Shown here piece by piece: positions 28,220-36,528 of a stretch of 64,000 bases of DNA (the first letter of the stretch is position 1; each line of letters opens with the position of its first letter). The stretch comes from an uncultured Thermoplasmata archaeon (lineage in GTDB: Archaea > Thermoplasmatota > Thermoplasmata > Lutacidiplasmatales > UBA184). The stretch lies in contig CAVTJV010000007.1 in assembly GCA_963735185.1 (NCBI GenBank), positions 1,151,009 to 1,215,008 on the forward strand. Direction: 5' to 3'. The position numbers were made by a program, and so were the translations under genes. Below the pieces are notes generated by a model that saw only the letters and a program-made list of their open reading frames with translations, was not told the DNA's origin and ran no database searches.

Positions 28220-28975
28220 CTACGTGCGGCCGGGTCGACCGGCCCCGCCCGCCGGTGGGAGGCGCTGGACGTACTTCTGGACCTCGTCGGGGGAGAACCG
28301 CGTCATCCCCTCGCCGACCTGTGTGGAGCAGACCTCGACCTGCGAGAGGTTGCCGCCTTCCTCGAGCCCCGCCCGAAGGCCCTCGAGCGCGAGGAGGATC
28401 GCCGCGTCCCGGTCCATACCGGGGCGGTACTTCTGCTCAAAGAGGTCCATGACGGGCCCCTTGTTGCCGCCGGTGCTGGCGGCCTTGAAGCTCGTGAGCG
28501 AGCCCGAAGGCTCGGTCTCGTAGAGATGGATCCCGCCGTCGTCGTATCCACCGACGAGCAGCGCCGTCCCGAACGGGCGGACCCCGCCGAACTGCGTGTA
28601 CTGTTGCTTGTAGTCGCAGATGCGCCGAACGAGGAGCTCGACCGACATCGGCTCGGCGTAGGTGACCCGGTTGATCTGCGCGGAGAGCCGAGCGTAGTCC
28701 ACCAGCACGCGCGCGTCCGCGACCAACCCCGCGGTCGCGCAGGCGATGTTCTCGTCGATCTGATGGATCTTCTCGAGGCTCGATGCTTCGGCGAGCTTCG
28801 GGTTCGGGATCCGGCGGTCGGCGATGAGCACCACGCCGTCCGAGTAGACGACCCCGGCGGTCGTGGCTCCGCGTCGCACCGCCTCTCGGGCGTACTCGAC
28901 CTGAAACAGCCGTCCGTCGGGCGAGAAGACCGTGATCGCCCGGTCGTAGGCCATCTGGCCGGGTTGCATCTCCAT
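28220..28975 (-). CDS. psmA: Proteasome subunit alpha
   Basis: MAYDRAITVFSPDGRLFQVEYAREAV..G.T is the hallmark N-terminus of the 20S alpha subunit. 251 aa. Confidence 0.95.
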   Translation of the reverse strand: MEMQPGQMAYDRAITVFSPDGRLFQVEYAREAVRRGATTAGVVYSDGVVLIADRRIPNPKLAEASSLEKIHQIDENIACATAGLVADARVLVDYARLSAQINRVTYAEPMSVELLVRRICDYKQQYTQFGGVRPFGTALLVGGYDDGGIHLYETEPSGSLTSFKAASTGGNKGPVMDLFEQKYRPGMDRDAAILLALEGLRAGLEEGGNLSQVEVCSTQVGEGMTRFSPDEVQKYVQRLPPAGGAGRPGRT

Positions 28976-29007
28976 GGTGAGCGCCTCGACCGGGCACTGA
29001 GGACCCC

Positions 29008-29014
29008 TTTATAA
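29008..29014 (-). promoter_or_regulatory. TATA-box-like element (TTTATAA) upstream of psmA and the exosome superoperon
   Basis: A quasi-palindromic AT heptamer 33-39 nt upstream of the psmA ATG (28975), in the divergent spacer shared with the DUF255 gene. Confidence 0.5.
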
Positions 29015-29131
29015 CGAGCGCGCGGGGAGTAACGCTCCCGTGAGCCGGTTACGTCGCGGCCGAGGCGGAGCGCCGTCGGCGTACGGTGCCGCCCGACAAC
29101 GGTAAGAGCGGCGGGCGGCCCGCCCCTGCCG

Positions 29132-31252
29132 ATGAGCTCCCCCGTCGAACCGCGACCCGGACGGACGGGCGGCTGGCGCCTCGCGGACCGGTCGTCCTCC
29201 TACCTTCGGAGTGCGGCCGAGCAGTCGGTCGAGTGGTATCCGTGGGGTCCCGAGCCGTTCGATCTGGCCCGGCGCACCGCGCGCCCGATCCTGCTCGACA
29301 TCGGAGCCTCCTGGTGCCACTGGTGCCACGTCATGGACGAGGGTACCTACTCTGACCCGGAAGTGGCCCGCCTCTTGCTCCAGGACTTCGTCGCGGTCAA
29401 GGTCGACCGCGACGAGCATCCCGAGATCGACCGACGCTACCAGCGACAGGTCGGCGCGCTCACGGGGGAGGGCGGCTGGCCGCTGACCGCGTTCCTCACC
29501 CCCGACGGGGAGGTCTTCCTCGGCGGCACCTACTTCCCGCCGACGGACGGGCACGGGCGACCCGGCTTTCGGCGAGTCCTCCAGGAGGTCGCCCGCCTTT
29601 GGCGCGAGGAGCCGGAGCGGATCCGAGAGAGCTCGGGGGCCATTCGAAGCGCTCTACAGCGGGTGCGAGAGGCCCGTTCCCCGACGGACCGTCCCCTCGA
29701 TGCGTTCATCACGACGATTCGCGGCGAGGTCCATTCGAGCTATGACCCGGTCAACGGCGGCTTCGGGATGGCACCGAAGTTCCCCCATCCGACGGCCGTG
29801 TCGTTCCTCCTCTGGGACGGTTTCGAGCACGGGACCCCCTCGAGCGGCGAGCGCGCCCGGGAGACGCTCACCCGGATGGCCGATGGAGGCCTCTTCGACC
29901 AGGTGGGGGGCGGGTTCCACCGGTACTCCGTGGACGAAGGATGGCACGTTCCGCACTTCGAGAAGATGGGCATCGACAACGCCGCGCTCTTGTCCGTCTA
30001 CGTCGACGGAGCGGCCCGGTTCTCGGACCCCCGTCTCGAGGAGGTCGCCCGGTCGACCATCGGATGGGTGCGCGAGGTGCTCGAAGACCCGCGCGGTGGG
30101 TTCGGAGCGAGCCAGGACGCGGACAACGCCCCCGGGGACGACGGAGGGTACTTCACCTGGTCCCGTGCCGAGCTCAAGGCGGCGCTCGACCCCGACGAGC
30201 TCCGTCTCGTCACGCGGTTCTTCGGCGTCGGGACCGATGCGCGGATGCCTCACGACCCCGACCGTAACGTTCTCTTTCGGCTCCTGCCCCTCGCGCAGGC
30301 CTCCGAGGGCGTCTACCCGCTGGCCCAGGCCGCCCCGGCCCTCGCCCGGGCCGTCACGAAGCTTCGGACCGCGCGGTCGCGCCGCCCGACCCCGCAGGTG
30401 GACCGCGCGGTCTACGCCGACATCAACGGCCGCTTCATCGCAGCGTTCGCACGGGCCGGGGCGTTCCTCGGCGACGGGTCGGTCGTGGCGGACGCTCGGA
30501 AGGCCGCCGACCGGCTCCTGGCCGAAGCGCTCCGTCCCGGGCAGGGGGTCGGCCATCGCCTCGACCCCGACGGGGCGCGCGGGTTCGGGCTCCTCGAGGA
30601 CCAGGTCTCCGTGGCCTCGGGCCTCCTCGAGCTTTCCGGAGTGCTCACGGAGCCGAGGTACCTCGAGGCAGCGCTTTCCCTCCTCGAGCTCGTGGACCGG
30701 GAGTTCCGGGGCGAGGACGGCCTCCTTCGCGACCTCTCGCCCGGGCTGTACGACGGGCCCGTGGTCGGAGGGGTGACGGAGGCGTCGTACCCGCTCGAGG
30801 ACACTCCCCACCTCGCCGCGAACGCCTCCGCCGCGATCTCGTTCCTCCGAGCGGGGTCCCTCACGCACGACGACCGGTGGCCGGAGAAGGCCCGCGCTCT
30901 CCTAGGGCCGATCGCCCGCCGCGTCGGAGACGCGGGTCTCTTCGTCGCCGGCTCCGCGCTGGCCGCGGGGCTCCTGACCACGCCGTCGGCCACCGTCGTG
31001 ATCGAAGGGGAGGGGGTCGGTGCCGAGGCGCTCCTTCGGGCGGCGCGTCGGGCTTGGCACCCCAACTCGTGGGTCTTCTCCGGCCACCCGCCGCCCCCGT
31101 TCTCGCTCCCCGGGGAGATGGAGGGACAGGGAGGGTCGAAGGCGGCTCGGGCCCTCGTCTGCTTCGGGACCGCCTGCGCGCCGCCGGTCACCGACCCGCA
31201 GGAGCTCGGCCCGCTGCTCGCGAGCGGTGGGCGGGCTCGAACCGGGTCGTGA
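29132..31252 (+). CDS. Thioredoxin-domain protein of the DUF255/YyaL (SSP411-like) family
   Basis: 706 aa. ...SSYLRSAAEQSVEWYPWGPEPF..A......ILLDIGASWCHWCHVMD...VKVDRDEHPEID..Y, followed by a large (alpha/alpha)6-type region. Confidence 0.85.
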   Translation: MSSPVEPRPGRTGGWRLADRSSSYLRSAAEQSVEWYPWGPEPFDLARRTARPILLDIGASWCHWCHVMDEGTYSDPEVARLLLQDFVAVKVDRDEHPEIDRRYQRQVGALTGEGGWPLTAFLTPDGEVFLGGTYFPPTDGHGRPGFRRVLQEVARLWREEPERIRESSGAIRSALQRVREARSPTDRPLDAFITTIRGEVHSSYDPVNGGFGMAPKFPHPTAVSFLLWDGFEHGTPSSGERARETLTRMADGGLFDQVGGGFHRYSVDEGWHVPHFEKMGIDNAALLSVYVDGAARFSDPRLEEVARSTIGWVREVLEDPRGGFGASQDADNAPGDDGGYFTWSRAELKAALDPDELRLVTRFFGVGTDARMPHDPDRNVLFRLLPLAQASEGVYPLAQAAPALARAVTKLRTARSRRPTPQVDRAVYADINGRFIAAFARAGAFLGDGSVVADARKAADRLLAEALRPGQGVGHRLDPDGARGFGLLEDQVSVASGLLELSGVLTEPRYLEAALSLLELVDREFRGEDGLLRDLSPGLYDGPVVGGVTEASYPLEDTPHLAANASAAISFLRAGSLTHDDRWPEKARALLGPIARRVGDAGLFVAGSALAAGLLTTPSATVVIEGEGVGAEALLRAARRAWHPNSWVFSGHPPPPFSLPGEMEGQGGSKAARALVCFGTACAPPVTDPQELGPLLASGGRARTGS

Positions 31253-32096
31253 GAACGCCGAGGTCGGTCCCGTCCAGAAGATAGGCCCGGGAGACCCCTT
31301 GGGCAAGGAACCGTTGGTAGAGGAACGAGCGTCCACGCGCCGGCCGTTCGCGGTTCAGCGCCTCCGTGCCGGCGATCGGATTGAACGCGGGCAGGATGAC
31401 GACCTCGCGGGCCCGGGGTTCGATGTGGCGGCGGCGCCGGGAAGACTTCGCCTCGGAGGGAACCCGCTCGACCCGGACCCAGCACCGACGTTTCCCCTCG
31501 GGGTCATCCGCCGTCGGGGCGAGCCGGAACCCCGGGTGCAGGTGTCCCGCCACCAGCCTCGGGGCCCGCAGGACCTTGTTCGACGGCCATCGGTGGCCGT
31601 GGAAGATCCCGACCTCGCCCCGCACGACCCCGGTCGCCGGATGGACGACGACCTCGCGCGGGAGGTGACGGACGATCCCCACGTCGTGGTTGCCGAGAAC
31701 GAGCTCGACCGTCAGCCCCTCCTCGAGGAGCGCGGCGAAGAAGTCGAAGACCACGGGCCGGAGAGCGGGCGGCGTCCCGACGATCGGGTGCTTCGCGTCT
31801 CCCGCGATGATGACCGTCTTGGACCGGGTCGAGCGCGTGACCCCGAGGAGCCTCTCGGCAAGGCGGTCGGCCGAGCCCTCGGGGGGACCGAGCGAGCGGT
31901 CGGGGGTACTGCCGAGTCCGAGGTGCACGTCCGCGACGACGAGCGTCCTCGCGCCTGACCCGTCGACCGGCTCGATGACCAGCGCCGGCGCATCCGGAAC
32001 GGGGCGCAGCGGGCTTTCCACGGACCCCCCAACCGGCCCGCGGCCAAGACGGTTCTCGGTCGATCGGCCGTCTCGCTCTCCGAGAGCTGAGACCAT
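31188..32096 (-). CDS. Metallophosphoesterase (ICC-like, COG1407-type)
   Basis: LVVADVHLG...IIAGDAKH...LGNHD...FHGHRWPS. Start uncertain: the ATG at 32096 is only 5 nt from the TATA-like palindrome, so the GTG at 32021 may be the real start. The 3' end overlaps the convergent DUF255 gene by 65 nt. Confidence 0.75.
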   Translation of the reverse strand: MVSALGERDGRSTENRLGRGPVGGSVESPLRPVPDAPALVIEPVDGSGARTLVVADVHLGLGSTPDRSLGPPEGSADRLAERLLGVTRSTRSKTVIIAGDAKHPIVGTPPALRPVVFDFFAALLEEGLTVELVLGNHDVGIVRHLPREVVVHPATGVVRGEVGIFHGHRWPSNKVLRAPRLVAGHLHPGFRLAPTADDPEGKRRCWVRVERVPSEAKSSRRRRHIEPRAREVVILPAFNPIAGTEALNRERPARGRSFLYQRFLAQGVSRAYLLDGTDLGVLTTRFEPAHRSRAAGRAPAGR

Positions 32097-32100
32097 CCTC

Positions 32101-32112
32101 TTTTATATAAAA
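32101..32112. promoter_or_regulatory. Palindromic AT-rich TATA-like element (TTTTATATAAAA) in a divergent spacer
   Basis: A perfect 12-nt AT palindrome in a 48-nt spacer between the metallophosphoesterase (minus strand) and the HTH regulator (plus strand, TTG at 32145). Confidence 0.5.
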
Positions 32113-32144
32113 GAAGTAAATGGATTCTTCTGGAGGAAGGTCCG

Positions 32145-33134
32145 TTGCCGTCACCGCGGGAGCATTCGATCGAGCAGATCCGCGAGATGCTCGAGCGCGC
32201 GGGATTCTACGTCGCGGATTCGCACGCGATCCGCCCCACGAGCTTCGACCTCGCGGCCCGCCGTGACGAGACGCTCCTCTTGGTCAAGGTCCTCAAGAAC
32301 ATCGACGCCCTCGACTCCGAGGAAGCGACCCGTCTCCGCGAGCTCGGCCATATCTTCCCGGCGATCGTCCTCGTGATCGGTCAGACGTCGGGCTCTTCCG
32401 ACCTCGACCCCGGGGTCGTCTACACGCGCTACGGGGTCCCGATCATCAACGAGGAGACGCTCCAGGAGTTCCTCGAAAAGGCGCTCCCGCCGTTCCTGTA
32501 TGCGAGCCCGGGGGGCACGTTCGCCCAGGTGGACGGGCCGCGCCTTCGCCAGCTGCGGAACGAACGGGGTCTTTCCCTCGGGACCCTCGCCAGCATCGCC
32601 GGCGTTTCTCGCCGGGCGATCCAGCTCTACGAGGAGAGCGCGGGCGCGGAAGCGCTCGTCATCGAGCGGATCGAAACGTACCTCGGTGAGACGGTCGTGA
32701 AGCCGATCGACCTGTTCGATTGGGCGGTCCGCGCCCGGGAGGAGGCGGCGGAGAAGAAGGCCGCGGAGGGTTCGGAGCCCGCCCCGGAGCATGCGCCCCC
32801 CACCACGGGAGACCCGCTCCGAGACGGGGTCGTACGGCAGCTGGGTGGGATGGGGCTCGAGGTCACGGTGACCGTGCGCGCTCCGTTCGACGCGCTCGCG
32901 CGTACGCCGGACGTCCTGCTCGCCGCGGTCGGAAGCCTGAGGACCGCGCTCCACCGCGCCGAGGTCCTCCCTGCCTTGGCCCGGGTCGCCGAGGGGCACG
33001 CGGTCTTCGTCGTCCGGGACCCCGTCACCCGCTCCGCGATCGCGGGGTTGCCGATCCTGACCATCGCCGAGCTGCGACGCCATCGCGACCCGGACGAGCT
33101 GATCGAGGAGATCACCGAGCGAGAAGGCCCGTGA
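32145..33134 (+). CDS. Archaeal HTH (XRE-type) transcriptional regulator, COG1395-like
   Basis: 329 aa. The central LRQLRNERGLSLGTLASIAGVSRRAIQLYE is an XRE/Cro-type HTH. The flanking domains resemble the archaeal 'putative HTH-type regulator' family as I recall it. Confidence 0.65.
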   Translation: MPSPREHSIEQIREMLERAGFYVADSHAIRPTSFDLAARRDETLLLVKVLKNIDALDSEEATRLRELGHIFPAIVLVIGQTSGSSDLDPGVVYTRYGVPIINEETLQEFLEKALPPFLYASPGGTFAQVDGPRLRQLRNERGLSLGTLASIAGVSRRAIQLYEESAGAEALVIERIETYLGETVVKPIDLFDWAVRAREEAAEKKAAEGSEPAPEHAPPTTGDPLRDGVVRQLGGMGLEVTVTVRAPFDALARTPDVLLAAVGSLRTALHRAEVLPALARVAEGHAVFVVRDPVTRSAIAGLPILTIAELRRHRDPDELIEEITEREGP

Positions 33135-33778
33135 TCACCGCGAAGTTCGAAAACACGCCCGGGGTCCTGCTCATCGCCCCCGTCCGGGGCCTCGCGTCCG
33201 AGGTTCCCCGGGTCCTCTCCGAGCTCGAGCGGTTCGCGCCGGCGCTCATCGGCCTCGGCCTCTCGAGCGGCGAGCTGAGGAGCTTGCACGACCACTTCGT
33301 CGCCGCGGACGCGGAACCGATCGTCTCCCTGACCACCAACGAGACGAGCGAGGTCCGCGGGCTCGTCCGGTTCGGCGAAGTCCGGGTGCCGAACCCGTCG
33401 TTCGTCGAGGTCCTCCGGTGGGCGTGGATGCGGGGCCTTCCGACCGAGCCCCTCGACCCCGATGACGACAGCACGGCGTCCCTCTTCGCCGAGCATATCG
33501 GGTACTTCGAGCTCGTTCGTCGGACGGTCCGGGAGCGTCGCGTCTCGCGCAGCCCCCCCACCCCCTCGTCGCCCGACGAGTTCGCGCTCGAGTGGGACCG
33601 CGAGGTCGCGTCCGGCCGCGGGTCCCGCGATTTCGCGGAGGCCCGGGACCAGTACCTCGTCAGTCGGATCCCCCCACTCGCCGCGGAACGGAGACCGCTC
33701 GCCGTCGTCGTCGACCGGGAGCGGTTCGATTCGGTCCGGAACCTGGTCACCCAGGGACCGCCGTCGACGATCGCGTAG
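33131..33778 (+). CDS. Hypothetical protein, divergent TraB-like
   Basis: The GTG overlaps the stop of the upstream HTH gene (GTGA). The blocks VLLIAPVRGLASEV...LIGLGL, ...VEVLRWAWMRGLPTEPLDPDD and ARDQYLVSRI...LAVVVDRERFDSV are colinear with the TraB protein at 1419..2135, but the His-containing motifs are lost. Confidence 0.45.
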   Translation: MITAKFENTPGVLLIAPVRGLASEVPRVLSELERFAPALIGLGLSSGELRSLHDHFVAADAEPIVSLTTNETSEVRGLVRFGEVRVPNPSFVEVLRWAWMRGLPTEPLDPDDDSTASLFAEHIGYFELVRRTVRERRVSRSPPTPSSPDEFALEWDREVASGRGSRDFAEARDQYLVSRIPPLAAERRPLAVVVDRERFDSVRNLVTQGPPSTIA

Positions 33779-33793
33779 CGCCGAACGGACCGC

Positions 33794-34336
33794 TCACTCT
33801 TCGCGAGCGAGGATCTTCTCGAGCGCGGCCCGTCCCGCCCGGCGGAACTCGTCGAGCGTCCCTTCGTTGACGAGCATGCCGTCCGCCACCGCGAACGCGT
33901 TGCCGATTCCCCACTTGAGCTCGCGCCGGTCCCGGTCGAAGAACTCCTGGAGGTCGGCCGCGTCGTCCGCGCGGCTGCGGCTCGCCATGCGGTCGTGACG
34001 GGTCTCGGGAGACGCGTAGATCCCGAGGACGAACAGGTCCCCGAAGTTGTGCCGGAAGACGGTCACCTCGGTGTCGGACCGGCACCCGTCGACCAGCATC
34101 CGGGTCTCGGTCAGCTTCGGGATCGCGCGTTGCGCCCAGATGCCGGGTCCGTGCTTGTCCCGTTCCTCCGAGGCGACGCGGGCGACGTTCTGGTTCGTGA
34201 TCGCGAGCCCGCGCCGGCGGGTCTCGTCTCGGACGAGGTCGCCCATCTTCAGCGTCGCGAGGCCCATGCCCCGAGCGACGCCCACGAGCTCGTCCTTGCC
34301 CGAACCGGGCATGCCGACGGTGACGATGAGCTTCAT
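33794..34336 (-). CDS. UPF0200-type P-loop nucleotide kinase (dephospho-CoA kinase/adenylate kinase-like)
   Basis: MKLIVTVGMPGSGKDE...MGDLVRDE..RRGL is a P-loop and N-terminus typical of the archaeal UPF0200 family. 180 aa. Confidence 0.7.
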   Translation of the reverse strand: MKLIVTVGMPGSGKDELVGVARGMGLATLKMGDLVRDETRRRGLAITNQNVARVASEERDKHGPGIWAQRAIPKLTETRMLVDGCRSDTEVTVFRHNFGDLFVLGIYASPETRHDRMASRSRADDAADLQEFFDRDRRELKWGIGNAFAVADGMLVNEGTLDEFRRAGRAALEKILAREE

Positions 34337-34959
34337 AGTGTGGAGGGCGGCTCGTCGGAGGAGCCCTTCGTCCCGTCCGCCGTCGCCCGGAGGTGGTCCG
34401 CGACCTCGTGCTCCGAGACCAGTTGAAGGCGGTCCGCTCGCTGTCGGTACGCCCCCGCTTCCTGCTCCTCGAGACGCGCGGTCTCCTGGTACCGGTCGAC
34501 CTTGACCTTGAGCTCCGCGGTCTTCTGGGTCTTGGTCGCGGCCCGCAGCTCGAGGGAACGCGCCTTCTGCTGCCGGTCGACGACCTTCTGCTGGAGCTTG
34601 CGTACGTGATAGTGCATGCTCGTGACGTCCGACCCGATCGGGGCGCCCCCGGTCTTCTTGGTCGCCGCCTCGATGTCCCGCTCCTGCTGCTTCATCTCCT
34701 GCTCGATCTCGGGGATCTGAGCGAGGGCCTTCTGGCCCCTTTCCCGCAGGAGGGTGGCCTGATGCCGGAGCTTGTCGATTCGGGTGTTGAGCCGGGCGAC
34801 CCGTTGCTGGGCCCGCGCGGCCGCTCGGTCGTGACGGGCCGCGATCTCCCGGAGCTTCGTGATGTCCGCGTACTGTTGGCCGATCCAGCGAGACCGCCGG
34901 GCCGCCAAGGGGGTCGCTGCCCCTATCGGTTGAGGGGGCTCTCCTCCGCCGGTCGCCAT
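34333..34959 (-). CDS. Hypothetical coiled-coil protein
   Basis: 208 aa. Heptad-rich, Q/R/K/E-rich sequence with no enzymatic motifs. The stop overlaps the start of the downstream kinase gene. Confidence 0.5.
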   Translation of the reverse strand: MATGGGEPPQPIGAATPLAARRSRWIGQQYADITKLREIAARHDRAAARAQQRVARLNTRIDKLRHQATLLRERGQKALAQIPEIEQEMKQQERDIEAATKKTGGAPIGSDVTSMHYHVRKLQQKVVDRQQKARSLELRAATKTQKTAELKVKVDRYQETARLEEQEAGAYRQRADRLQLVSEHEVADHLRATADGTKGSSDEPPSTL

Positions 34960-35022
34960 CGGAACGCAGTGACTCGGACGCGAGATATAGCCGTTCGCTT
35001 GCGCACGAAGGCGGGCCCGGCG

Positions 35023-36528
35023 CTACCCGCGCGCCGGTCGGGGAGGCCGTAGGAACGGAGCGAGGCGGGCCGCGAGCTCCGCGACCGGGACCCGTTCCTG
35101 GGACTTCGAGTCCCGCGTCCGGACGGTGACGGTGTCGTGCATCGGACCGTCCGCGAGCGTCTCCCCGTCGACGGTCACGCAGAACGGCGTGCCGGCCTCG
35201 TCCATGCGCGCGTACCGCTTCCCGATCGTCCCCGCGTCATCGTACTGGTTCGGGATCCCGGCGGCGGAAAGGTCGTCGGAGAGGCGGAGCGCGAACGGCG
35301 CATGCTCCTTCGCGATCAGCGGGAAGACGCCGACCGGCACGGGTGCGAGGTACGGGGGAAGGCGCCAGACGGTCCGGTCCCCGTCCTTCCCGATGTGGAG
35401 GTCCGCGAGCGCCCAGAGGTTGCGGTCGAGACCAAAGGTGAGCTCGAGGACGTGCGGGAGGACCGAGCGGCCCCCGGTCAGCGTCACCGAAAGGTCCCGA
35501 CCCGAACCTTGGCCGTGCCGGCCGAGGTCGTAATCGCCGCGATAGTGGACCGCTGCGAGCTCCTTGAAACCGCCGAGGCTCTCGAGGTTCACCTCGACGT
35601 CGAACTGGATCCGGTTGTAGAACGCCCGTTCTTGGTCGGACTTTTCGAAGAGGCGGATCCGGTCGGGCGGGAACCGGAGCACGTCGCGGTAGAACCGGTA
35701 GGTGTGCGCGAGATGGAACGCGTAGAACTCGGGCAATCCCCCCGCACTCACGAGATCCCCCGCGGAGACGAGCTCGACGGTCTCCGACCCCGCGAGCCGT
35801 TGGGCGGCTCGTAGGACGGGGAGCTTCTCGTCACGCACCCGGTCGAACGGGAGCGGGAAGTGCTCGGGGTCGAAGAAGATCTGGAGCTCGCCCTGCGTGA
35901 ACGTCCGCATCCGGAACAGGACCTGGCGGGGCGCGATCTCGTTGCGATACGCCTTGCCGAAAATCGCGATCCCGAGCGGCAGCGCCCGGCGACCGACGTC
36001 CCACATCCGGGGGAAGGAGAGGTAGCTGCTCTGGGCGGTCTCGGGGCGTAAGTAGGCGCGCTCGTGGCCGGTCACGCCGAAGTCGAGCCCGAACATCAGG
36101 TTGAACGGAGGAGGGACGCTCAGGGTCGTCGCTCCGCAGCTCGGGCACTTCACGCCCCGCGCCCGGACGAGCTCGGCGATCTCGGGAGGGGTGAGCCCGT
36201 CCACTCCCTCGGGGCGGACCTTCTCGAGGACGGTATCCGCCCGGAACACGTTGTGGCAGGTGTCGCACGTCACCTCGGGGTCCGTGAAGTTCTCGAGGTG
36301 GCCCGACGCCCGCACGACCGCCTCGGGAAGGATCTCCGCGGGGTCGATCACGTAGTAGTCGTGCGAAAGGCCGACGAACCAGGCCGTCCAGGCATCCTCG
36401 ACCCGTCGCTTGAGCGCGGCGCCGAGGGGACCGTAGTCGTAGAGGCCTTGGGCGCCGCCGTAGATCTCGGCGGTCGGCCAGAGCACGCCCCGACGGCGCA
36501 AGAGTGCGAACAGCTCGTCGCTCTTCAT
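35023..36528 (-). CDS. glyS: Glycine--tRNA ligase (archaeal/eukaryotic alpha2 type)
   Basis: MKSDELFALLRRRGVLWPTAEIYGGAQGLYDYGPLG..LK.....W...FV..., class II motifs and a C-terminal anticodon-binding domain. ATG at 36528. The upstream 130 aa of the 633-aa ORF are an artefactual extension. Confidence 0.92.
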   Translation of the reverse strand: MKSDELFALLRRRGVLWPTAEIYGGAQGLYDYGPLGAALKRRVEDAWTAWFVGLSHDYYVIDPAEILPEAVVRASGHLENFTDPEVTCDTCHNVFRADTVLEKVRPEGVDGLTPPEIAELVRARGVKCPSCGATTLSVPPPFNLMFGLDFGVTGHERAYLRPETAQSSYLSFPRMWDVGRRALPLGIAIFGKAYRNEIAPRQVLFRMRTFTQGELQIFFDPEHFPLPFDRVRDEKLPVLRAAQRLAGSETVELVSAGDLVSAGGLPEFYAFHLAHTYRFYRDVLRFPPDRIRLFEKSDQERAFYNRIQFDVEVNLESLGGFKELAAVHYRGDYDLGRHGQGSGRDLSVTLTGGRSVLPHVLELTFGLDRNLWALADLHIGKDGDRTVWRLPPYLAPVPVGVFPLIAKEHAPFALRLSDDLSAAGIPNQYDDAGTIGKRYARMDEAGTPFCVTVDGETLADGPMHDTVTVRTRDSKSQERVPVAELAARLAPFLRPPRPARG

